Below, in pieces: positions 1-10,370 of a DNA stretch of 64,000 nucleotides. How positions within the stretch are numbered: the first letter of the stretch is position 1; the number at the start of each line of letters is the position of its first letter. This stretch comes from Planktothrix sp. GU0601_MAG3 (GTDB taxonomy: Bacteria > Cyanobacteriota > Cyanobacteriia > Cyanobacteriales > Microcoleaceae): positions 1,216,001 through 1,280,000 of the forward strand of contig CP136572.1 of the NCBI GenBank assembly GCA_035193785.1. The letters run 5' to 3'. The notes below the pieces were generated by a model. It was given only the letters and a program-made list of their open reading frames with translations, ran no database searches and was not told the origin of the DNA. The translations under genes were made by a program, and so were the position numbers.

Positions 1-1104
1 AGGGCTTCAATTTCTTTTAAAACATAAGCCATTTTTGTTCGAGGAATTACGCCATCTTGAACATAATAATCAGGACTGACATGACCCGCCGCGGCGAAAG
101 CTGCTTTGCGTCCTTTCCAAATTTTTAACCGATCTTCTGGGTTACTAGCGGTGGTAATATTTCTCGCCCCATTGTTGATACAAATTTCACTAACTCGTTG
201 TTTATTGGTATCAACTTCCACCTGTAAACCATCTAATTCCACTAATAGAATTGCCCCCGCATCCCGGGGATATAAACCAATTTTTACCACATCTTCAACG
301 GCATTAATACTGAGGTTATCCATAATTTCCATGCCCCCAGGAATAATCCCAGAACTGATAATATCAGAAACCGCAGATCCAGCCGATTCTAAATTAGTAA
401 AATCTGCTAATAAAACACAAATTGATTCCGGTGCTTTTAGAATCCTTAAAGTAATTTCAGTGGCAATGCCTAACGTCCCTTCTGAACCTACAAATAACCC
501 GGTTAAATCATATCCAGGCATTTCAGGAATATCGCCACCAATATCGACAATATCACCATCGGGAGTGACAATTTTTAATCCGAGAATATGGTTAGTTGTC
601 ACCCCATATTTTAAACAATGAACTCCGCCAGAATTTTCGGCTACATTGCCACCAATAGAACAAATAATTTGACTAGAAGGGTCGGGTGCATAATAAAATC
701 CGGCGCCACTAACTGCCTGTGTTACCCAATTATTAATTACTCCAGGTTGCACAACAACACGCTGATTTTCTAAGTCAATATTTAGGATTTTTCGCATTAA
801 AGCGGTGACAATTAAAACACAATCTTCTACGGGTAAAGCACCGCCAGAAAGTCCGGTTTCCCGCCCCTCGCGCGACCCAAGGAATAGAATTGCGATCGCA
901 AATTTTAACAACTTCTGCAACTTCTTCGGTGGTTTTGGGAAGCACCACTAATGCGGGACGTTGACGATAACTGGTCAGTCCATCACACTCATAAACCAGT
1001 AATTCTTCTCGACGTTGAATCACACCTTTTTTCCCAACAATAGCCTCAAATTGTGGAATTAAGGGTTGCCAGTTTCGGGTTGCTTTTGATTGGGTAGCGA
1101 CCAT
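1..1104 (-). CDS. glcD: Glycolate oxidase FAD-linked subunit GlcD (3' end runs off the window; one apparent +1 frameshift at ~856-860)
   Basis: ORF 775-1104 reads YECDGLTSYRQRPALVVLP...ARGAG. Removing one T at 856-860 continues into TGLSGGALP...APDPSSQIICSIGGNVAENSGGVHCLKYGVTTNH, the GlcD FAD-binding motifs. Confidence 0.9.
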
Positions 1105-1152
1105 GGGAATAACAATTAGGAAAATTAGGGATTGCTGATATTATATCATTAA

Positions 1153-1320
1153 GAACTCATTTTCCTTCCGGGGTGGAAGGGTAAAACCCACAATATTATT
1201 GCCAAGGAAGCAGATTCTAGCTCAGAACATATCAGAAAAGTAGTGGCGGAACTGCGGATTTTACTGATTCAGGTTTTAAATGAGTCCATTAATAAATCTA
1301 AATATCCTATTATTGAATAA
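1153..1320 (+). pseudogene. Fragment of an N-terminal HTH of the kind found on cyanobacterial NB-ARC/ATPase proteins
   Basis: Manual translation ELIFLPGWKGKTHNIIAKEADSSSEHIRKVVAELRILLIQVLNESINKS resembles the N-terminus of the 39832-41223 protein (YQGKRYSEIAKEYHCTEHHVANVASKLWQLIKKKLGEKVSKS). No start codon or ATPase domain follows. Confidence 0.45.
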
Positions 1321-1498
1321 AATATTTATTAGATACCTGTACTATCAGTGATTTTGTAAAAGGTGAAACCAACATATTAACAAAGTTTAAATTTTATCTG
1401 ATTTAATGCTAAGATTATATGGCAATAGCATTGTTTTTCTTGTTTGAACGGCAAACAAGAGTGCATAATAGAGTAAAGGGATTATGGAGCCGTTTTGA

Positions 1499-1723
1499 AT
1501 GTCAACCCTGCTGGAAAGAATCACAATCAATCCTAGGCAATGTGGTGGTCGTCCCTGCATTCGAGGCATGAGAATTCGGGTGTCAGATGTGTTAGATTTG
1601 TTTGCGGCTGGACTAACTGCTGAAGATATATTGGAAGAAATGCCCGATCTCGAAGCAGATGATTTGAAAGCATCTCTTTTGTATGCCTCGCGGAAACTGA
1701 ATCACCCGGTATTAGTGGCATGA
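1499..1723 (+). CDS. DUF433 family antitoxin
   Basis: RITINPRQCGGRPCIRGMRIRVSDVL...ILEEMPDLEADDL is the DUF433 signature. It overlaps the next gene (ATGA). Confidence 0.9.
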   Translation: MSTLLERITINPRQCGGRPCIRGMRIRVSDVLDLFAAGLTAEDILEEMPDLEADDLKASLLYASRKLNHPVLVA

Positions 1724-1989
1724 AAATCTGGGTAGATGCACACCTATCTCCTGCAATAGCAACCTGGATTACCAACACATTTGGAGTGACAGTAGTAGCA
1801 TTGCGAGATATTGGACTCAGAGATGCTGAAGATCCTGAAATCTTTGAAGCAGCAAAAGCACAGGGAGTCGTTATGATGACTAAAGATAGTGATTTTGTTG
1901 ATTTAGTTGAGCGACTGGGTTCACCGCCACAGATTATTTGGTTGACCTGCGGTGATATCTCTAATGCTAGGTTACTAAGTAGGTTATAA
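1720..1989 (+). CDS. DUF5615 PIN-like toxin, probably C-terminally truncated
   Basis: MKIWVDAHLSP...DAEDPEIF...MTKDSDF...PPQIIWLTCG contains the PIN acidic motifs. The ORF ends 4 residues after SNARL, at 89 aa. Confidence 0.8.
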   Translation: MKIWVDAHLSPAIATWITNTFGVTVVALRDIGLRDAEDPEIFEAAKAQGVVMMTKDSDFVDLVERLGSPPQIIWLTCGDISNARLLSRL

Positions 1990-2053
1990 TTTTTAAGGTA
2001 GGGATTTGTCCATCCTTAGTGTTCGGACTTAATACTAATAATCCAGGAGTTAT

Positions 2054-4010
2054 TTGATGATCAAAACATGGACACTTCAATATTTTAAATCAGTGTATGA
2101 AAAGACTACCTTAAAATTTGCACCATTAACTATATTTTCGGGTGCAAATAGTTCAGGTAAAAGTACAGTTATACAAAGTCTATTGCTAACTGCTCAGACC
2201 TTGCAAAATTCAGTGTATGATCGTCCAATTATTCTTAACGGACATATTATCAAGGTTGGTTCATTTAAGGATATTGTATCTAATGGACATGAACAAAAAA
2301 ATATCTCAATTGGTTTTGAACTAAGTTCTAATTCAGAAAACAATGAAACACCCGTCTCCATGTTTTCTCTACCCATTTATGGTAGAGCTAGAAGAGAATT
2401 TTTAACTTGCGTTAATTGTCAGTTTCCAATTTTCAACCAAAACCTCAAATGAAAACAGTGAAATAATACAGTTACAGCCACAATTAGAGGAATGTAAAAT
2501 TGAGGCTACTTCAGCATTAAGATCTCCTTCTAAAGAAGGAGATAAATCTGTTCATAATGTAACAGAAAAAGAAGAAATTTATATTATAAAAACCGACCAA
2601 CCTCTTAAAAATAGGCTTAAACAGTATAGATTAAAAGAAGAACAACTTCAAAGCAGAGAATTATCATCTTTAAATTATGAAATAAAAAAACCAAAAAACC
2701 CTAAAGAAATAGAAATTTCACCAAGATATTATCTTAATTTACCAACAACAGGAAACTATATAGGTGCATCTTTAAATCACTTTTTGCCTAGTCGTCTTTC
2801 AATGGTTTTCGATACAATTGAAGAAGAAGCAACTCAATTATCAACTTTCCTTACATCATTAAACGAATATGATTGGTTTCGATTATCAAGAGGTTTGAGT
2901 TTAGACAATGATTATCCCATTAACAAAGAAGTTAAACAAATAATTTTAGATACGATTAAAAACTCTTTGGATGATTTTAATTTTTCTGCAAAAACGAAAC
3001 CAAAAAATAAATTCTTGGATGAGTTTAAGAAGCTCGAAAATGATTTTTCTATAGACAATTTATTACTTTTTCCTAAATCATTATCGAGTCGTGATCAGCA
3101 AACACTAATACAAAAATTGCAATGTAAAACTGATCAGATTAAAAAAGCTATTAAATTAAATAAAAGTCCTGAATATGCGCTAACTTACGTTCCATTATCA
3201 GAAATATTAGATGCTTCAGTTGATTATATTAAAAATTTTTTTACGCATTTGGTTAAATATTTAGGGCCTCTCAGAGATGAACCAAAAGCTGTTTATTCTC
3301 TTGCGGGAACGACAGATTCAAAAGATATAGGTTTTAGGGGTGAACATACTGCTGCGGTTTTAGAAGTTCATCGTAAAACACAAGTAAAATATATACCAAG
3401 CGAACAATTTGAATTAGGGAATCCTACACCAGAAACACAGGAAAAACCTCTATCTATAGCGGTATTAGATTGGCTAAAATATATGGGTATTGCCAATGAT
3501 GTTAAAACTTCTGATAAAGGTGTTTTAGGTTATGAACTGAAAGTAGCAATATCAGAAACTCAATCTTTACATGATCTTACTCATGTTGGTGTTGGAGTAA
3601 GTCAAGTTCTTCCTATTCTAGTTCAATCTTTGTTAGCAGAAAGAGGCTCAACATTAATTTTTGAACAACCAGAACTTCATCTTCATCCTAAAGTTCAAAC
3701 TCGTTTAGCTGATTTTTTTATATCAATGACAATGCTTAATAAGCAGTGTATTGTTGAGACTCATAGTGAATATTTAATTAATCGTCTAAGGTATTTATCT
3801 GTTAGCTCTCAAGACAATCAAATATCTAATGATGTAATAATTTATTTTGTAGAAAAACAGGGTGAAAAATCTTTTTACCGTCCCGTTAAAATTAATGAGT
3901 TTGGAGTTATAGAAGATTGGCCAAAAGGTTTCTTTGATGAAAGCGAAAAAAATTCTAGAGCTATTATAAAAGCAGCAATGGAAAAAAGAAAAGCCTATTT
4001 ACAAAAATAA
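2054..4010 (+). CDS. ABC-type ATPase (AAA_15/AAA_21-like) with C-terminal DUF3696-like domain; one apparent frameshift at ~2422-2426
   Basis: Walker A GANSSGKS in ORF 2054-2452. Signature VGVGVSQVLP, Walker B LIFEQPELHLHP, H-loop VETHSEY and C-terminal IEDWPKGFFDE in ORF 2784-4010. Removing one T joins the frames (CQFQFSTKTSNENSEIIQ). Confidence 0.85.
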
Positions 4011-4041
4011 TAAATTGATCAAAAATTTACAATTGTAACAA

Positions 4042-5130
4042 ATGAAAATTTTCTGTATTGATCCATTCTTACTTGCTTACCCTCGTTTTAATGAAAACAC
4101 TAATAACTCTTCAGAAGAATTTGATTCTTATCTTAATACTCTTATTGCCTGGGGAGATTTTATAGATAGTAATAGAGAAACTGAAAATATTTATGTATCT
4201 CTTTACACTGCCGAGATTTTAGCCAAAGTTAATGGATATCCAGAATGGACAGAATTAGAACAAGTAATTACTCATCTTAATTTTAACCATATACAACCTC
4301 AAGATATTCTTAATGTTATTAATAATATTCTCAACCTATCTTCTATAGAAGATAAAATTAATATAAAAGAAATTTTATATGATTATAAACAAGTTCAATG
4401 TGATCCTTTCGATTATCTTTTAGAAAGAGAGGATGATTTTCAAGAAACCTACTATAGAATAGCCATTTTAGAGCATTTGCTGGAAACCTTAGTTTATGGT
4501 CGGGTAGTTGATAAATTATTAGCTACTCGTCATAATACAAATAATAGTAAAATTATAAAATTGAAAGCCGAAATTTTAGATTATGAGTTGATTGATGAAT
4601 CAAAAATTTCCACTTTAAATAAGTCTTATTTAGTTGAAACTGAGTTAATATCTTGTGTTGATCCAGAACATCTTTCTACTTTTTTTTATCCTTCCATCTC
4701 AGAAGAAATACTAGATAGATGGAAAAAGTCAACCTCAGAGAAAGGTTACTGTGATGCTATTGAAACATATGTTATGAAAATATATGTCGATGATTTAAAA
4801 TCCAAACTCAAACAACCACTATCTTGGTTATTGGGAAGCAAATTTTTAGAAACTGTGAAAAAATTAGGTTTTACCAACGAAGATACAAGAATTAAAATGT
4901 TATTACGTTCTTGTGCGGAAACTATTTTGGAAGAAAATTTAAAAGATACTCATTGGTTGAGAACAGGTAAAGGAGCCAAGAATCCTCAAAGAGAAAGAAA
5001 AAAGGATGAAGCAAAAGCATGGAGAAGAGATATTGACTATGAATATCATCTACATTATTGGAAAAAAACAAATAATGAGATAGAATTTGCATCTATTGTC
5101 ATACATAATGATATGAAAATTCCTGAGTAG
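4042..5130 (+). CDS. Hypothetical protein co-oriented with the ATPase; C-terminus possibly RelE/ParE-like nuclease fold
   Basis: 362-aa AT-rich ORF 31 nt after the ATPase. C-terminus is HWLRTGKG...AWRRDIDYEYHLHYWKK..IEFASIVIHND. Confidence 0.7.
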   Translation: MKIFCIDPFLLAYPRFNENTNNSSEEFDSYLNTLIAWGDFIDSNRETENIYVSLYTAEILAKVNGYPEWTELEQVITHLNFNHIQPQDILNVINNILNLSSIEDKINIKEILYDYKQVQCDPFDYLLEREDDFQETYYRIAILEHLLETLVYGRVVDKLLATRHNTNNSKIIKLKAEILDYELIDESKISTLNKSYLVETELISCVDPEHLSTFFYPSISEEILDRWKKSTSEKGYCDAIETYVMKIYVDDLKSKLKQPLSWLLGSKFLETVKKLGFTNEDTRIKMLLRSCAETILEENLKDTHWLRTGKGAKNPQRERKKDEAKAWRRDIDYEYHLHYWKKTNNEIEFASIVIHNDMKIPE

Positions 5131-5259
5131 AAATCGTCATGGGTAAAGAAAGTAACCCCATCGATTAGTCTACTATTAGACCTAAAAATATTAAATTAAA
5201 TTAGCCTCCTCCCCAACTTGGGAAAGAGGCTAGAGGGTTAGACCTTAAGATTAACCATC

Positions 5260-8200
5260 CTAAATGGCAACCGCCACAACTGCATCCGACGCTTCAGGAC
5301 TATCTTTTTCCGAAGGAGGAACAACTTGCCAGAAACTTAGGTAAATACTCCGACCAGTTCGCCAGAATAGTTTTCGCCTTCTCGCTGACCGTGTATTCCG
5401 CGTGTTGTGTGATTAACTCTTTTAACTGCCGTTCACCCATCGGCGTACTCACCCGTTGAATCTTAACGATTTCCGGGTTCACCATTTGGGGAAATTCCCC
5501 ATCTTCATCGAGGAAATAGCCCAAACCTCCGGTTTGTCCGGCGCCCACATTCCGCCCCACCTTACCGAGAACCACAACCACACCCCCGGTCATATATTCG
5601 CAACAGTGGTCGCCAGCGCCCTCAATAACGGCTTTACCCAAAGAATTCCGCACCGCGAACCGTTCTCCAGCTTTTCCGTAGGCGTATAAGGTTCCCCCGG
5701 TTGCCCCATATAAACAGGTATTCCCGATGATCACATTCTCCGAGGGGTCGTAGGTAACGGCCGCCGGGGGTTTAATAATAATCTCTCCCCCGTGCATCCC
5801 CTTCCCGACATAATCATTCGCTTCCCCCGTCAAAGTTAACTTGATTCCGGGGAGGTTGAAGGCGCCAAAACTCTGACCCGCCGCCCCTGTAAAGTCAAGA
5901 TTAATTTGGCCAGCAAAGCCATTATTTCCGTAGATAGAGGCGATTTTCCCGGCAATGCGTGTCCCCACCGTCCGGTCAGTATTCACGATCCGCAGGGTTT
6001 TGGTCACCGTCCCTTGGTTTTGAATAGCCGAGGCAATTTCCGCATCTTCTAATAACACATCATCCAACACCGGGCCGTTACTATGGATGGGTTCATGGTT
6101 TAACCAGTTGCGATCGCTCGTTACAGGCGCTTGGGTAAAGACCTCTAAATTCAGGTGTTGGGTCTTAGCCACATTCACCCCCTCCCGACGTTTTAGCAGG
6201 TCAGACCGTCCCACTAAATCCACTAATTTGCGATATCCCAACCGGGCTAAAATATGGCGGACTTCTTCGGCGACAAAATAGAAGAAATTGACCACATGGC
6301 CGGGAGTTCCTGGAAACCGTTCTCGTAGGCGTTTCCTGTTGAGACGTCACCCCCACAGGACAATTATTAGTATGGCAAATACGAGCCATAATACAGCCCT
6401 CAGCAATCATGGCAATGGTTCCGAAGCCGAATTCCTCAGCCCCCATTAAGGCTCCCATCACCACATCCCAGCCACTTTTGAAGCCGCCATCTACCCGTAA
6501 CCGCACCCGATCGCGCAGTTTATTGCCCATCAACACCCGATGAACTTCCGTTAACCCCAATTCCCAAGGACTTCCGGCGTGTTTAATGGAGGTCAGGGGA
6601 GAGGCTCCCGTCCCCCCGTCGTGGCCAGAAATTTGGATATAGTCGGCGTTGGCCTTGGCGACCCCGGCGGCAATAGTTCCAATTCCCACTTCCGCGACTA
6701 ATTTGACCGAAACTGTCGCGTTTGGGTTGATTTGGTGCAGGTCAAAGATTAATTGGGCCAGGTCTTCAATGGAATAAATATCATGGTGGGGAGGGGGAGA
6801 AATTAAGGTGACGCCGGGTTTCGACCGCCGCAACATGGCAATATATTCGCTAACTTTCTTGCCGGGGAGTTGCCCGCCTTCTCCTGGTTTGGCCCCTTGA
6901 GCCACTTTAATTTCGATGGACTGGGCATTCATCAGATATTCGGGGGTGACGCCAAACCGTCCCGACGCCACCTGTTTAATTGCTGAACTGGCACTATCCC
7001 CGTTTTGGAGTCCTTTTAAATGGGGGCGTCCGGCCGAAATCCCATTGGCATCGACATCGTTAAAAATCTTGTAGCGGGCGGGATCTTCCCCACCTTCGCC
7101 GGAGTTGGATTTTCCGCCCAAACGGTTCATGGCGATCGCTAAAACTTCATGGGCTTCGGGAGAGAGGGCCCCCAGGGACATTCCCCCGGTACAGAAGCGT
7201 TTGACAATTTCCTCGATGGGTTCGACTTCTTCGAGGGGAATGGCATCGCGATCGCTGTTGAAGTCCAACAAATCCCGTAGGGCTGTGGCTGGGCGGTTTT
7301 CTACAAATTGACGATAGAGTTCGTACAGGTCAAACTGTTGTTGTGTGACCGCACCCTCTGGAGGAGAAGACGCGCCGTGGCTCGTCTCTACGAGGGGGCC
7401 GGAACGTACTGCCTGATGGAGCAATTTTGTCATTTCGGGGGTATTTAAGTGATATTCTCCCCGCCTCATGGCATTGACAAACCCGAAGTTTTCTAACTTT
7501 TTCGCCTCTAGGGGAAACGCCTTAGCATGGAATTGATAAACCTCTTGGCTTAACTCGGAAATGCTTAAACCCCCAACCCGAGAGACTGTTCCCCGGAAAC
7601 CCATTTCCAGTAAGTCTTCCCCAATCCCAATCGCTTCAAAGATTTGCGCCCCACGATAGGAAGATAACAGAGAAATTCCCATCTTTGATAAAATCTTGAG
7701 TAACCCATCTTCGACGGCTTTTTGATAGTTTTTCTGGGCGTCTTCCATGGTCATCGGGGGGATTTTGCCCTTCGACAGATTGTTCTGAATTAGGGGACTT
7801 GACCACCAATAGCGCACGGTTTCTAGGGCTATGTAGGGACAAATTGCCGAAGCCCCATAACCGACTAAACAGGCAAAATGATGGGTACTCCAACATTGGG
7901 CCGTTTCCACCACCAGGGAGGCTTGTAACCGTTTGCCAATTTTAATTAAATAGTGGTGAACTGCTCCCACGGCCAACAACGGCGGAATATAGGTCTGTTC
8001 GGCCGTTAATCCGCGATCGGACAGAATAATAATTTCTTGGCCCTGATCCACCGCTTCGGCGGCTTTTTCACAGAGTCGGGTGAGGGCGATCGCACAACCA
8101 TTTGGCCCCCCTTCCAAACCATAGAGGGTAGACAGGGTAATTCCGGGAAAATCCGACTGACGCAAGGCTTCTAACTCGGCCTCATTCAACAGGGGGGAGT

Positions 8201-9964
8201 TGATTTTATACAGTCGGGCGTCTTCGGGTTTGAGATCTAACAAATTGCCCCGTTTCCCTAACTGCATGGAGAGGGACATCACAATCCGTTCTCGCAACGG
8301 ATCAATCGGTGGGTTTGTTACCTGAGCAAATCGTTGTTTAAAGTAGTTATACAACAACTGGGGTTTATCAGAAAGCACCGCTAGGGGCGTATCATCCCCC
8401 ATACAAAAGGTCGCTTCCTTGGCCGTACCCGCCATATCGGCAATTTGGATATCCACATCCTCAGCCCCGTAACCAAAGGCGGTTTGCTGTTGCAGGAGGG
8501 CGTCCGGTGCTAATTGTTTTTCACCAATAAAGGGTTGGGGCGGCGCGTCTTGGCGATATTGTTGTAACCATTCCCGATAGGGATGTTCATGGGCGACCCG
8601 TTGTTTGATCTGCCAATTTTTTAGGACTTCATGGGTACTCAAGTCCACCGCAATCATTTGTCCAGGCCCTAAACGGCCTTTTTCCTGAATTTGGTCTTCG
8701 GGAATATCCACCACCCCGGCTTCCGAGGAAACCATGATCACGCCATCTTTGGTGATACAGTAACGGGCCGGACGCAGGCCATTGCGATCCAAACAGGCCC
8801 CAATTTGTTTACCATCACTGAAGACTAATAAAGCTGGGCCATCCCAAGGTTCTTGGATGCCGCTATAATATTCGTAAAAATCCGTAATTTCCGGTAAGTC
8901 TTTTAAGTTAGGCTGGTTTTGATAGGCTTCGGGAACCATAATCATCAGCGCTTCTAAGGGACAGCGCCCAGTTCTCACCAGCAACTCCAGGCAATTATCT
9001 AAATTAGCCGAGTCGCTATTAGTAGCGTCCACAAAGGGAATTAGGGTTTTTAAGCGATCGCCCCAAACCGGATGGGATAGGACATTTTCCCGTGCCCGCA
9101 TCCAGTTAATATTACCCAACAGCGTATTAATTTCCCCATTATGCCCCAACAGTCGCATCGGTTGGGCCAGGGGCCAGCGTGGCATCGTATTGGTACTGAA
9201 GCGACGATGATAAACCGCGAAATTGCTCTTATAGTCGGGGTTAATTAAATCTAAATAAAATTCTCCCAGGATCGCCGATCGCACCATGCCTTTATAGACA
9301 ATAGTACGGCAGGAAAAAGAACAAATATAAATATCCTCACCCCAGACTAACCCATCCTGTTTCAAGGCTACCCCAGAAGATCGACGGGCTAAAAACAGTT
9401 GTCTGTCTAAATCATCCCCCGTATTCCCCTTAGCCGAATAAACAATAATTTGTTCAATGCGGGGTTGATTTTCCCGCGCCTGTATACCCCCAGGACTTCC
9501 GGTTTAACCGGGACTTCTCGCCAACCGACAACCGCTAATTCCTCTTGTTTGAGGTCAGTTTCAATAATTGCACGGGCTTTAATGGCCAAATCAGTATCTT
9601 GGGGTAAAAACACCATCCCCACCCCATACTTGCATTCTGGCTCTTGTAAAATATCGATATTGTGTTCAGCAAACCAAGAAGCTAACAACTCCCAGGGAAT
9701 GGCGGTCATGATCCCTGCCCCATCCCCGGAGTCCTGGTCTGCACTACAGCCGCCCCGATGTTCTAAACAGGTTAGGGCGGGTAGGGCTGTTTGAATAATA
9801 GAATGGCTGGCACCCCCGGATGGGTTGGCAATAAATCCCACCCCGCAGGCATCTCTTTCTTCCACTAACCAAGGTTGACCAGGGTAGGGGTAGCCCATAC
9901 TTCCTGCTATGCACTCTTGTTGATGGTTTGGTTGTGGGTTGTGATTAACTTTGGTGTTATCCAT
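5260..9964 (-). CDS. gltB: Ferredoxin-dependent glutamate synthase large subunit (three apparent frameshifts at ~9480, ~6331, ~5332)
   Basis: ERDACGVGF amidotransferase start, [47 protein letters not shown] and the GXGXG domain. The corrected C-terminus is [26 protein letters not shown]. Confidence 0.95.
7368..7391. repeat. Degenerate palindromic dispersed repeat (GTAGAGACGCGCCATGGCGCGTCTCTAC type) inside gltB
   Basis: Minus strand reads GTAGAGACGAGCCACGGCGCGTCT and encodes VETSHGAS in frame. Confidence 0.6.
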
Positions 9965-10370
9965 ATCTTGATTCTATTGAGTGAGGATGCTCGAAGTGAT
10001 GACGATCAAAGAGGGACGCTTAAAGCGAGTCAGGAAGCTCTGAGTCCATCAGGGCTTCGCCAACGCACTGCCTACGGAAATTTTTTTTGAGAGCGGGATG
10101 AGAGGATGAAAAAAGTTTAAGTCCTACTTGACATTTTAAGAATAAAATTGTAGCCAAAATTTACATCGGGCGCAAAAACCCTAGTCCACCTAGCATACAC
10201 TGAATTGGGTTACGGTATCGTCAGAATTCTAGGATCTATTGGCAAATCAAATTGTTAAACCTGAACAGTTTGCGGTTAAATCTTGACCAACTCTGGCCAA
10301 TTATTTGGGGCTTTCTTCGATTTTTATTATCGGGTTGAATTTTGTTCAATATAGGATTTAGGACAGCGAT

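Noticed and set aside
106..621. 171-aa plus-strand ORF and other antisense ORFs inside gltB, fusA, tuf, dnaK and amt
   Set aside because: They are shadow frames opposite well-supported genes.
10010..10080. glnA-type glutamine riboswitch upstream of gltB
   Set aside because: It has CGTTGG and a hairpin but lacks the GGAAGTA junction and the closing GAAG.AACG strand.
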